Shown: positions 21,168 through 29,785 of the stretch, piece by piece
Position numbering within the stretch: position 1 is the stretch's first letter
Layout of the letters: each line of letters opens with the position of its first letter
NCBI GenBank assembly: GCA_963717845.1
Contig: CAVQXH010000004.1
Span: 775,257 to 839,256, forward strand
Source of the DNA: an uncultured Actinomycetes bacterium
GTDB lineage: Bacteria > Actinomycetota > Thermoleophilia > Gaiellales > JAICJC01
Direction: 5' to 3'
DNA length: 64,000 nucleotides
Notes under the pieces: generated by a model
Seen by the model: the letters and a program-made list of their open reading frames with translations, nothing else
Told to the model about the DNA's origin: nothing
Database searches by the model: none
Position numbers and translations under genes: made by a program

Positions 21168-22392
21168 CCGCCCACGCGAGCCGCAGGGTCTTCGGCCTGC
21201 GGAACGCGAAACCGGCCGGCTCCTCGACGCCGGCGAGGCGCATGTCCGGAAGCGCCTCCAGCAGCCGGCCGACGGCGGTGACCGTCTCGATCCGGGCCAG
21301 GTGCGCGCCCAGGCAGTGGTGCTCGCCGAACGAGAAGCTGAGCGCATGGCGGGCGTTGGAGCGGCTGACGTCGAACCGCAGCGGGTCGGCGAAGACGGCA
21401 GGGTCGCGGTTGGCGGCGATGACCGACACGCCGACGAACTCGCCCGCGCCGAGGTCGACGCCGCCGATCTGCACCGGCGCGCGCGTCCACCGCTCCATGA
21501 AGGCGACCGGCGGGATCAGCCGGAGCGCCTCGTCGACAGCGCCGTTGAGCCGGCCCGGATCGGCGCGCACCAGCCGCAGCTGGTCGGGATTGCGCAGCAG
21601 GAGCAGCACCGTGTTCATCACCGAGCCCTGGATCGTCTCGATCGCGCCGAACATGATCACGCGCAGCTGGGCGGCGATCTCGGCGTCGTCGAGGGCCGCC
21701 TCGGGGTCGTTCGCCACCTGACCCGTCACCGATGCCTCCGCGCCCTCGCGGGAGCGGCGCAGCTCGGCGTGGAGGATGGCGTCGAGCTCGGCCCGGGCGG
21801 CGTCGGCGAGGCGCTGGGGCTCGGGATTGCCGTCGTAGCTCATCGCGCCCGCGAAGGCGGTGTAGAAGCCGTCGATGCGGGCGGCGTCGCCCAGCGAAAG
21901 GCCCAGGATCCGGCCGGCCATGCGGATGGCGAAGGGTGCCGCGAAGTCCGCGCCGAGCTCGCACTCGCCGGCCGGTGCGAGCGCGGCCGCGAGGTCGGCG
22001 GCCGCCTCGGCGACGGCCGTGCCGAAGAGGTCGCCGGAGTCGCGCATCCGGAACGGGCGCTCGAAGGGCGCGCGCATGCGGGTGTGCTCGCCGCCGTCGG
22101 AGGTGAGCATCATCCGCCCGAGCGATGCCCGCACCAGGTTCGGCTCGGCCTCGACCGTCGTCGCCGTGCGGGGACTGAGCGCCGCCCGCGCGGCCGCGTG
22201 GCTCGTCACGAGCCACCCGCCGAGCGCTGGCAGCCACGACACCGGTTCTGCCTCGCGCAGGCGGTCGAGCGCGCGCTCGCCGCCGGCCGCCTCCAGGTCG
22301 GCGAACTCGATCGCGGCGCCCACGGGGAATCGCTCCCGCCGGGCGGCGTCCTCGGCGGCGTCCACCTCGACCTGCGGGAGCAGCGTGGCCAT
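21136..22392 (-). CDS. Cytochrome P450
   Basis: GAIET I-helix, EALR, ANRDP, FSFGEHHCLG heme ligand. Confidence 0.92.
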   Translation of the reverse strand: MATLLPQVEVDAAEDAARRERFPVGAAIEFADLEAAGGERALDRLREAEPVSWLPALGGWLVTSHAAARAALSPRTATTVEAEPNLVRASLGRMMLTSDGGEHTRMRAPFERPFRMRDSGDLFGTAVAEAAADLAAALAPAGECELGADFAAPFAIRMAGRILGLSLGDAARIDGFYTAFAGAMSYDGNPEPQRLADAARAELDAILHAELRRSREGAEASVTGQVANDPEAALDDAEIAAQLRVIMFGAIETIQGSVMNTVLLLLRNPDQLRLVRADPGRLNGAVDEALRLIPPVAFMERWTRAPVQIGGVDLGAGEFVGVSVIAANRDPAVFADPLRFDVSRSNARHALSFSFGEHHCLGAHLARIETVTAVGRLLEALPDMRLAGVEEPAGFAFRRPKTLRLAWAATPSGRSSST

Positions 22393-22455
22393 GCCGCCAC
22401 CGTACACCAGGCGGCCGTCCGGGATCTGGGGCGGCGGCTCGGTCGGCGGCCGCGA

Positions 22456-22531
22456 CCCAATTGACATCCGCTGCAACTGCCAATTGGGCGGCGGCCCCCG
22501 ACCAATTGGCATCCACCACGGATGCCAATTG
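22456..22531. repeat. Family A array: four CAATTG cores spaced 23, 22 and 23 bp
   Basis: Cores at 22458, 22481, 22503 and 22526, between divergent P450 and membrane protein genes. Confidence 0.85.
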
Positions 22532-22578
22532 AGCAAGACAGCCGCCCCGCCCCGCGCCCACCGATTATCGTCCGGCCC

Positions 22579-22908
22579 ATGACCCGCGTCCCCACCGCCG
22601 CTGTCGCCGCCGGGTCGCTGATCGGCGGCTACCTCGTCGCCCGCGAGACCGGTGTGCGCCCGCTCGGCGGCGCCGTCCTGGTCGCCGGCGGCGCGTGGTG
22701 CACGCGCGAGTGGCTGCGCAGCCGCGGCCCGGTGGTGGCCGGATCGCTCCTGGTCGTCTGCGTCGTCGCGTTCGGCGTCTCGCACCCGCTGGCGAAGAAG
22801 GTCGGCGCGTGGCCGGCGGTGCTGGGAGTCTCGGCGTGCGCGGCCGCTGCGGCGTGGTCGCTCGCCGACCGCGACCGGGTGGGGGAGGCGCGTGAGCGCC
22901 CCGGCTGA
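22579..22908 (+). CDS. Small membrane protein
   Basis: MTRVPTAAVAAGSLIGGY..SHPLAKKVGAWPAV; hydrophobic; TATCGT 7 nt upstream. Confidence 0.75.
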   Translation: MTRVPTAAVAAGSLIGGYLVARETGVRPLGGAVLVAGGAWCTREWLRSRGPVVAGSLLVVCVVAFGVSHPLAKKVGAWPAVLGVSACAAAAAWSLADRDRVGEARERPG

Positions 22909-23317
22909 GCCCGCGGTCACGGCGCAGCTCTCGGTCAGGCGGGGGCGCGCGGCGGTCGACTTCTACCGCGCGGCCTTCGGCGCCGAGGAGATCTACCGCG
23001 TCGGCGGCACCGACGCCCACGAGGCGGTCGTCTCACAACTGCGCGTCGGCGCGACCACCTTCTGGGTGGCGGACGAGTCGCCGGAGCACCGCAACTTCAG
23101 CCCCGAGTCGATCGGTGGCGGCTCAGTGCGGATGCTGCTCACGGTCGCCGATCCGGATGCCGCCGTTGCCCGTGCCCTGGCGGCCGGGGCGACGCTGATC
23201 GCGCCCGTCGAGAACCAGCACGGCTGGCGGCTCGGGCGGATCGCCGACCCGTTCGGGCACGACTGGGAGGTCGGCACGCCGCTCGTGCCCTGGCCGCCGG
23301 GCAGCGACCCCGGCTAG
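22892..23317 (+). CDS. VOC/glyoxalase (PhnB-like) protein
   Basis: AVDFYRAAFGA, HGWRLGRIADPFGHDW. Confidence 0.88.
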   Translation: MSAPAEPAVTAQLSVRRGRAAVDFYRAAFGAEEIYRVGGTDAHEAVVSQLRVGATTFWVADESPEHRNFSPESIGGGSVRMLLTVADPDAAVARALAAGATLIAPVENQHGWRLGRIADPFGHDWEVGTPLVPWPPGSDPG

Positions 23318-24435
23318 GACCGGCGTCCGACCGCCGCGACCAGCGAGCGGCTGACCTCGGCGAGCGACCGGGCGGCGGGTGAGCCGGGGTCGTCGCTCGT
23401 CACCGGCCGGCCGCGGTTGATCGAGAGCGGCACCGCCCTGTCGGAGGGCACGGTGTAGGCGATCTCGCGGCGCAGGATGTGCTCGATGTCCTCGGTGTCG
23501 AGGCCGACGTCTGCCCCGGCGCGGTTCATCAGGATGCGCACGTCGGGCAGGTCGAGCTCGAGCAGGTCGAGCGTCTCGAGGGCGATGCGGACGCTGCGCA
23601 CCGCGGGCACGTCCGGCGCGCCCACCAGGATGAGCGTGTCGGTGTGGTCGAGCGCAAGCAGCGACGTCTCCGAGAAGGCCGACGCGCAGTCGATCACGAC
23701 CGCCTCGTAGGTGCGGCGGGCGACCTCGAGCAGAGCCGCGAGCCGGTCGACGGCGATCAGCGCCTCCTCCTCGGGGCGGGCCGGGGCCGCGAGCACGTCG
23801 GCGCCGCTCACGTGGCGTGTGACCGCCGCGGCGAGGCCGGCAGCGTCGATCGGGGCCCGTGCGGTGACCAGGTCAAGCACGGTCATGCGAGGGGCGAGGC
23901 CGAGCACCAGCGCGTCGTCGCCCGAGTGCAGATCGAGGTCGAGGAGCAGCGTGCGCAGGCCTGACTGGGCGAAGCAGGCGGCCAGGTTGGTGGCGATCGC
24001 GGTACGGCCGGAGCCGCCCTTGGTCGAGAAGACGGTGAACACGTGCGCGCCCGCGCCGTGGCCGTCGGCGACCGGTGCCCGGCGTGATCGGGCTGCGCGC
24101 GCCTTCGCCGCCGCCATGCCGAGCGACTGCGGCGTCTGCGGCAGGCACAGGACATCGTCCACGCCCAGCCGCAGCGCCTCCTGGAACCAGCGGATGGGGT
24201 GGCGGTCGGCCAGCGCGACAACGCCCGGAGCGGCCGGGTCGGCGAGTGCGGCCAGCACGTCGGCCGGCAGGCCCTCCGCGTCGTGGGGGAGCTGCCACAC
24301 GAGCACGTCGGGCACGGAGTCGACGACGCTCACCATCCCCGAGAGCTCGAAGAGCTCGCGCAGGCCCGGCTCGTCGCTCATCAGGGCGACGCGGATCAGC
24401 TCGGGATGGGGGGAGTGCTCGGGAGTGGCAGGCAT
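23314..24435 (-). CDS. cpaE: CpaE/TadZ-like pilus assembly protein (degenerate receiver + MinD-like ATPase)
   Basis: EALRLGVDDVL, FSTKGGSGRTAIATNLA, LLLDLDL, SINRGRP. Confidence 0.8.
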   Translation of the reverse strand: MPATPEHSPHPELIRVALMSDEPGLRELFELSGMVSVVDSVPDVLVWQLPHDAEGLPADVLAALADPAAPGVVALADRHPIRWFQEALRLGVDDVLCLPQTPQSLGMAAAKARAARSRRAPVADGHGAGAHVFTVFSTKGGSGRTAIATNLAACFAQSGLRTLLLDLDLHSGDDALVLGLAPRMTVLDLVTARAPIDAAGLAAAVTRHVSGADVLAAPARPEEEALIAVDRLAALLEVARRTYEAVVIDCASAFSETSLLALDHTDTLILVGAPDVPAVRSVRIALETLDLLELDLPDVRILMNRAGADVGLDTEDIEHILRREIAYTVPSDRAVPLSINRGRPVTSDDPGSPAARSLAEVSRSLVAAVGRRS

Positions 24436-24584
24436 CGAGGCGGCGGGGGGAGCCGTTCGGGGGACGACCGCGGAGCCTTTGCGGTCTTACTCAAGTGATA
24501 GCTCCGAAACGGTCACATGTCGAGTGTGCTATGGAGAAGCATGGGGCTGGCCGCGGCCGGGTCGGCCGGTAGGCTCCCCGCGCC

Positions 24585-25379
24585 GTGGTGCTCTCCATAC
24601 CCAGCCCCGGGGATCCCTTCGTCTTCCAGTTCGGCAGCCTGCAGCCGCGCTGGTACGGGGTGCTGCTTGCGGTCGGCGTCGCGGTCGCGGTGTGGATGAC
24701 CCGCCGCCAGCTCCGCCGCCGCGGGCTCGATCCGGAGAGCGTGTTCCCGGTGGCGGTGTGCGCCGTCCTGCTCGGCCTGGTCGGCGCCCGGATCGAGCAT
24801 GTCGCCACCGACTGGAAGCCGTACAGCCAGATCTTCGTGAACGCGTTCTGGATCTGGCGCGGCGGCCTCGGCATCTACGGCGCCGTGCTCGGCGGCATGC
24901 TGGGAGCGTTGATCGGCTGCCGGATCGTGCGGCTGCCCTTCTGGGTGCTGGCCGACTGCGCCGCGCCAGGCTTGATCCTGGCGCAGGCGATCGGGCGGGT
25001 CGGCAACTACATGAACCAGGAGCTCTACGGCCACCCCAGCAGCCTGCCGTGGGCGATCCGGATCGACCATCCGCTGCCGCCGTACCTGTCCGGGCAGGCG
25101 TTCCAGCCCACGTTCCTGTACGAGGCGCTGTGGGACCTGGCCGTGCTGGGTGTGCTGCTGTACTTCCTGCGCCGCACGTCTGGCCGCCTGCGGCCGGGGA
25201 CGGTGTTCGCGCTCTACGCCGCCCTCTACTCGCTCGGCCGGCTGTGGATCGAGACGCTCCGCATCGACCACACCGACCACCTGTACGGCCAGCGGGTGGA
25301 GTTCTGGGTGGCGGCCGTGGTGGTCGGCGTGGCCGGGTCGGCGTTCGCGTGGCTCTGGAGCCGGCGAGCTGTGAGCTAG
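24585..25379 (+). CDS. lgt: Prolipoprotein diacylglyceryl transferase
   Basis: RWYG, GGLGIYG, IGRVGNYMNQELYG, PTFLYE. Confidence 0.93.
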   Translation: MVLSIPSPGDPFVFQFGSLQPRWYGVLLAVGVAVAVWMTRRQLRRRGLDPESVFPVAVCAVLLGLVGARIEHVATDWKPYSQIFVNAFWIWRGGLGIYGAVLGGMLGALIGCRIVRLPFWVLADCAAPGLILAQAIGRVGNYMNQELYGHPSSLPWAIRIDHPLPPYLSGQAFQPTFLYEALWDLAVLGVLLYFLRRTSGRLRPGTVFALYAALYSLGRLWIETLRIDHTDHLYGQRVEFWVAAVVVGVAGSAFAWLWSRRAVS

Positions 25380-26092
25380 GCCGGCCGGCGCCGCCGGATC
25401 GGCTCGCCGCCGGCCATCCCCCGCACCAGGCTCGCCGTGCGGCCGGCGGCCTTGCGCGCGAATGCGACGGCGGCCGGCTCGCGGCGCTCGATCGTCGTCG
25501 CCGCCCGCAGCAGCCCCGGCAGCGAGGCCGCGGTCACCGCGGCCGCGGGCACGGACGAGACGCAGGTGCCGATCGCCGCAGGTTCGTGCGCATCGGAGGA
25601 GGCCGCGTGCGGCAGTCCGCACGCGCGCGCCCATTGCAGCGCGCGGGCGTTGGCGGCGGCCGCGAGCGGGCCGCCGTTCGTGGCCTCGACGATGTCGATC
25701 AGGCCGCGGCCGCGCAGGTCCTCCCGCGCTCCGGCGTGCATCCGGCCGCGAACGATCCGGTAGAAGGGGTGCTGCAGGTACACGAGCCCGCCCTGTGCGC
25801 GAATGCGGGCCGCCGTCTCGGCCGCCGCCAGGCCGGCCGGCACGGGCTCCTCCAGGAAGAGCCCGATCAGCTCGCCGTCGGCCGTGTCGATCTCCTGGCC
25901 GACGATGACCGGGAAGCCCGCAGCCGCCCGCAGCTCCAGCGCCCCCGCGATCGTGTTGTGGTCGGTGATCGCGACCACGTCGAAGCGGCCGTGGGCGTGG
26001 GCGCGCTCGTAGTCGGCGAGCCGGTTCTGGGCGTCGTAGGAGTGGTGCGTGTGGTTGTGCAGGTCGACCAGGATGCGGCCGGCGGCGGCCAC
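25376..26092 (-). CDS. PHP domain phosphoesterase
   Basis: DLHNHTHHSYD, AITDHN, GQEI, HPF, SSDAH. Confidence 0.88.
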   Translation of the reverse strand: MAAAGRILVDLHNHTHHSYDAQNRLADYERAHAHGRFDVVAITDHNTIAGALELRAAAGFPVIVGQEIDTADGELIGLFLEEPVPAGLAAAETAARIRAQGGLVYLQHPFYRIVRGRMHAGAREDLRGRGLIDIVEATNGGPLAAAANARALQWARACGLPHAASSDAHEPAAIGTCVSSVPAAAVTAASLPGLLRAATTIERREPAAVAFARKAAGRTASLVRGMAGGEPIRRRRPA

Positions 26093-26096
26093 GGGG

Positions 26097-27488
26097 TCAG
26101 ACCCCGGCGGTCTGGTTTGCGAGGAGCGTCTCCAGCGCCCGCACGCAGGCCGGATCGAACTCGCCCCGCCGCTGCCACAGGTCGGCCAGGGCCCGCCCGG
26201 CGCCGGCGCTCGAGGTGTGCCCGCCGCCCTCGACGAACGCCGACGCGACGGCGATCACGCGCGACTCGATCGGCGCGGTCTGATCCTCTCCGTGAGCGGC
26301 CAGGAGCCATTCCGCGGCCTCGGCGTCGAGCGCGTTTGCGACGACCTTCGCCGCCAGCCGCGCGCGCTCGTCGCGATCGCCGCCCGGTGTGGTCGCGTCG
26401 TAGAGAAAGGCCGCCAGCCGCACCCGGTCGGTGCGGTCGGGCGAGAGCCCGACCTCGGCGGCGATGTGGCCGGCGTAGTCGCTGACGGCGCGTGAGCTGG
26501 CAGACTGGCCGCGGGCGGCCTCGAGCGCGCGCATCGTGCGCTCGTACGTGTCGCGCTCGAGCTGCTTGGCGCGCTCCTCGGCCGAGAGCGCCTCGACGAC
26601 CTCGGAGTCGTAGGCGACGGCGCGACCGCCGCCGCCGCGGCGGGCCCAGTAGAGCGCCCCGGTGGCCAGGCGCACGAGCTCGGCCTGGGTATCGCCGTCG
26701 GCCGGGAACCCGGCCACGCCGGCCGAGACGGTGGCTCCCTGGGACGATCCGGCGAAGGCCGCCGCCAGCCGCTCGAGCAGCGCGCGGGCCACGGCCGGCT
26801 CCATCCCCGGCAGCACGAGCCCGAACTCGTCCGGCCCGATCCGCGAAACGTTGTCGTAGGTGCGCACGCCCGACGCCAGGCAGCGGGCGGCGGTGCGCAG
26901 AAGCTCGTCGCCGGCGGCGTGCCCGCGCTGGTCGTTCGCGGCCTGGAAGCCGTCCAGGTCGACCATCGCCACCGACACGGGGGCGCCGCCGCGCATCGCC
27001 CGGGCCAGCTCGCGGGTCAGCGCGCGCTCGAAGCCGCGGTGGTTGGGCAGGCCGGTGAGCACGTCCTGCGTGCCGGAGCTGTCGCCTGCGCGCTCCCACA
27101 GGCGGGCCGACTCGATCGCCTGGGCGGCCAGCACGGCGATCAGCCGGATCGGCCCGAGGTCGGCATAGGCCGGGGCGTGGGTGACGATGCAGCCGACCGT
27201 GCGCCGGGCGCTGATCAGCGGGATCAGCCAGCGGTCGCCGATGTGCACCGGCCCGTCGGGCTCGGGCGGGTCGAGCTCGTCCGCGCCCTCACCGGCCACC
27301 AGCCGCAGGTTCGCGCCGTCCTCCGTGAGCACGTAGGCCGCCGTGGCGACCCCGGACAGCGACTCCGACACGGCCGAGCAGGCGGCGGCCATCACGGCGG
27401 GCAGGTCGAGGCCGTTCTCGCAGGCCTCGACGAGCGCGTCGACCGGCGTCGTGGACTGGCGCTTCCTACGCCACATCGGCGTGGTCAT
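26097..27488 (-). CDS. GAF-like + GGDEF (GPDEF variant) + degenerate HD domain protein
   Basis: DVLTGLPNHR, DLDGFQAAND..GHAAGD, RTYD-NVSRI-GPDEF; HD replaced by YD. Confidence 0.85.
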   Translation of the reverse strand: MTTPMWRRKRQSTTPVDALVEACENGLDLPAVMAAACSAVSESLSGVATAAYVLTEDGANLRLVAGEGADELDPPEPDGPVHIGDRWLIPLISARRTVGCIVTHAPAYADLGPIRLIAVLAAQAIESARLWERAGDSSGTQDVLTGLPNHRGFERALTRELARAMRGGAPVSVAMVDLDGFQAANDQRGHAAGDELLRTAARCLASGVRTYDNVSRIGPDEFGLVLPGMEPAVARALLERLAAAFAGSSQGATVSAGVAGFPADGDTQAELVRLATGALYWARRGGGGRAVAYDSEVVEALSAEERAKQLERDTYERTMRALEAARGQSASSRAVSDYAGHIAAEVGLSPDRTDRVRLAAFLYDATTPGGDRDERARLAAKVVANALDAEAAEWLLAAHGEDQTAPIESRVIAVASAFVEGGGHTSSAGAGRALADLWQRRGEFDPACVRALETLLANQTAGV

Positions 27489-28968
27489 GAGCGGGGAGGG
27501 AGACGCGCAGCTCGGTGCCGGCGCCCGGCACGGAGTCGATCCGCAGCCGGCCGCCCAGGATCTGGGCGCGCTCGCGCATGGAGGTCATGCCGTGGTGGGG
27601 CAGGCCGTCGTCGGTCGTCGACACGGCGAAGCCCGTGCCGTCGTCGCGCACGACGAGCTCGAAGCCCTCGGCCGGGTCGCCCGAGACCGTCACCGACACC
27701 GACCGCGGGGCGGCGTGCTTGACGGCGTTCTGGACGGCCTCGCGCACGATCTGGTACAGGAACACCTGGTCGTCGGCAGGCAGCTCGCCGGCGGCGTCGA
27801 CGTCGAGCTCGACCGAGACGGCGTGGCCGCGCTCCATCTCGTCGGCGAGCGCCCGCAGGGCGACCACGAAGCCCTGGTCGCGCAGCACCCACGGCTCGAG
27901 CGCGAAGGACAGCTCGCGCAGGCTGCGGATCACCGAGCGCTGGCGCTCGCGGGCGGTCTCCAGCACGCGCAGGGCGCTCTCGGTCGAGCCGTCGGCGGTG
28001 TCCTCGGCCACGGCGTCGAGCATCATCGCGATGCCGGACATGGCCTGCAGCGGGCCGTCGTGCAGGAACAGCGAGAGCTTGCGGCGCTCGTCCTGCTCGG
28101 CCGAGAGGATGCGGCGCGAGAGCTCGGCCCGCTCGGCCTCGCGCATGCGCGCCTGGGCGAGCAGCGACTCGACCCGCTGGAACAGCTGGGCGTTCGCGGC
28201 GGCGCTCGCGCCGAAGTCGGCCAGGAGCACGGCCTGAGCGACCTCGGCGGGACCGAAGCCGGCGTCGCCCTGCAGCCGGAACATCACGAGCAGCGCGTGC
28301 AGCTCGTCCAGCACCACGAGCGGCGCCGCCAGCGCGGCCACCGGGCGCAGGTGGCGGCACAGGGCGTCGCCGCCCGCGTTCACGGGGCCGGCTGCGGGCG
28401 TGCGGCTCGCGGCCGCCTCGGCGACGAGCGAGCCGGCGCTGGCCGGGTCGACGACGATGCCGGCGATCGGCCCGAGCGCGATGCCGCGGGCGACGACCGG
28501 GCGCAGGCCGCGGCCGTCGGCCGAGGGCACGAGGATGATGGTGGCATCGGGCCGCAGCAGCCGGTGAGCCTGCTCGGCCGTCTGCGCCAGCACGTGGGCG
28601 GCGTCGCGGCTGGACGTCATCGCGGCCAGGCTGCCGACCACCTCGTCCAGGAAGGCGGCCTGCGACATCAGCTCGCCGCGCAGCTTGCGCTGCCATTCCT
28701 CCGACGTCTGCAGGCGGGCGGCGTCGCGGCGCACGGCGTGCGCGGCCGCTGCCCCCACGAGGGCGATCGCCGCGACACCTGCCACCAGCAGGGCCACGGG
28801 ATCGGAGAACACGCTCGCCGCGACGGCGAACGCGATCGCCGTCACGGCCACCGCGAGCACAGCCAGCCCACCCATCTGCACGATCCGTTCGGACGGCGCG
28901 GAGGCGCGCGTCCCGGGGTCGGCGGGGTTAATCGATGATGGCCTGTCTGAGGGCGATGGCGACTGCAT
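27466..28968 (-). CDS. Membrane GAF sensor histidine kinase (HisKA_3/NarX type)
   Basis: ERRKLSLFLHDG, EAVQNAVKHA, DDGTGF, GAGT; two N-terminal TMs; start uncertain. Confidence 0.88.
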   Translation of the reverse strand: MQSPSPSDRPSSINPADPGTRASAPSERIVQMGGLAVLAVAVTAIAFAVAASVFSDPVALLVAGVAAIALVGAAAAHAVRRDAARLQTSEEWQRKLRGELMSQAAFLDEVVGSLAAMTSSRDAAHVLAQTAEQAHRLLRPDATIILVPSADGRGLRPVVARGIALGPIAGIVVDPASAGSLVAEAAASRTPAAGPVNAGGDALCRHLRPVAALAAPLVVLDELHALLVMFRLQGDAGFGPAEVAQAVLLADFGASAAANAQLFQRVESLLAQARMREAERAELSRRILSAEQDERRKLSLFLHDGPLQAMSGIAMMLDAVAEDTADGSTESALRVLETARERQRSVIRSLRELSFALEPWVLRDQGFVVALRALADEMERGHAVSVELDVDAAGELPADDQVFLYQIVREAVQNAVKHAAPRSVSVTVSGDPAEGFELVVRDDGTGFAVSTTDDGLPHHGMTSMRERAQILGGRLRIDSVPGAGTELRVSLPAHDHADVA

Positions 28969-29548
28969 GCGTACGGGTGTCCGCCTCCAACTTGGAGAGG
29001 ATATGCCGTACGTGGCTCTTCACGGTCTCCTGGCTGATGAAAAGCTTCGCAGCGACGTCGGCGTTCGACATGCCGTCGGCCAGGAGCTGGAGGATCTCGC
29101 GCTCCCGCGCGGTCAGCATGTTCTCGCGTTCCTTCGTCAGGAACGCGGGCATGAGGGCCGGGTCGACATAGCCGTCACCGCCGGCCACCTTCTGGATGGC
29201 GCGCACCAGCGTCTGGTGCGGAGCCTCCTTCAGGATGTAGCCCTTGGCGCCGGCTTCGAGGCCGCGCGTCAGGAGGCTGCGCTCGCCATATGCCGTGAAC
29301 ATCAGGACAGAGGCCTCGGGCACCTCGGCGCAGATCTCCCGGGCGGCCTGGAGGCCGTCGACGCCGGGCATGCGCACGTCCATGATGATGACGTTGGGGC
29401 GCCGCCGGCGGGCGAGCGCGACTGCGGCGCTGCCGTCGGAGGCCTCACCGATGACACGGATGTTGTCCGTGCGGGACAGCGCCAGGCGCAGCCCCTCACG
29501 CACCACCTCGTGGTCATCGACAATCAGACAGGTAATCGGCTCGGCCAC
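28928..29548 (-). CDS. NarL/LuxR family response regulator
   Basis: LIVDDHEVVREG, MDVRMP, LTAREREILQL..TVKSHV. Confidence 0.93.
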   Translation of the reverse strand: MAEPITCLIVDDHEVVREGLRLALSRTDNIRVIGEASDGSAAVALARRRRPNVIIMDVRMPGVDGLQAAREICAEVPEASVLMFTAYGERSLLTRGLEAGAKGYILKEAPHQTLVRAIQKVAGGDGYVDPALMPAFLTKERENMLTAREREILQLLADGMSNADVAAKLFISQETVKSHVRHILSKLEADTRTHAVAIALRQAIID

Positions 29549-29590
29549 ATGTGCTCCACTCGTCGCGAGACCAGCATCCGTTCGAATCCG

Positions 29591-29704
29591 GTATCGGCAG
29601 AATCCCTTGCGGCCGTTAGCACTGCTGTGCGGCTGGCGTCCGGTTTTCGCCGGTTGCCCCGGCATTCCTGCCGCAGTGAATCGGCAGCGGCGCCCCGCGC
29701 TTGA
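29591..29704 (-). promoter_or_regulatory. Two putative sigma28/WhiG-like promoters upstream of the response regulator
   Basis: Minus strand TCAA-N15-GCCGATTC (29704-29678) and TAAC-N16-GCCGATAC (29618-29591). Confidence 0.5.
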
Positions 29705-29785
29705 GCGCTCGTTTCCCCTCTGATGTCGCGGATGACCCCCCGACTATACTTGGGAGCGCTTGAGCGACGACGTTCCGAGTAGGAG

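Noticed and set aside
23711-26485. Long Arg/Pro/Ala-rich ORFs (for example 924 aa here, 34975..36903, 36995..39658, 48710..51028, 54949..57912 N-terminal parts)
   Set aside because: Shadow frames of real genes in high-GC DNA; only the motif-bearing segments were kept.
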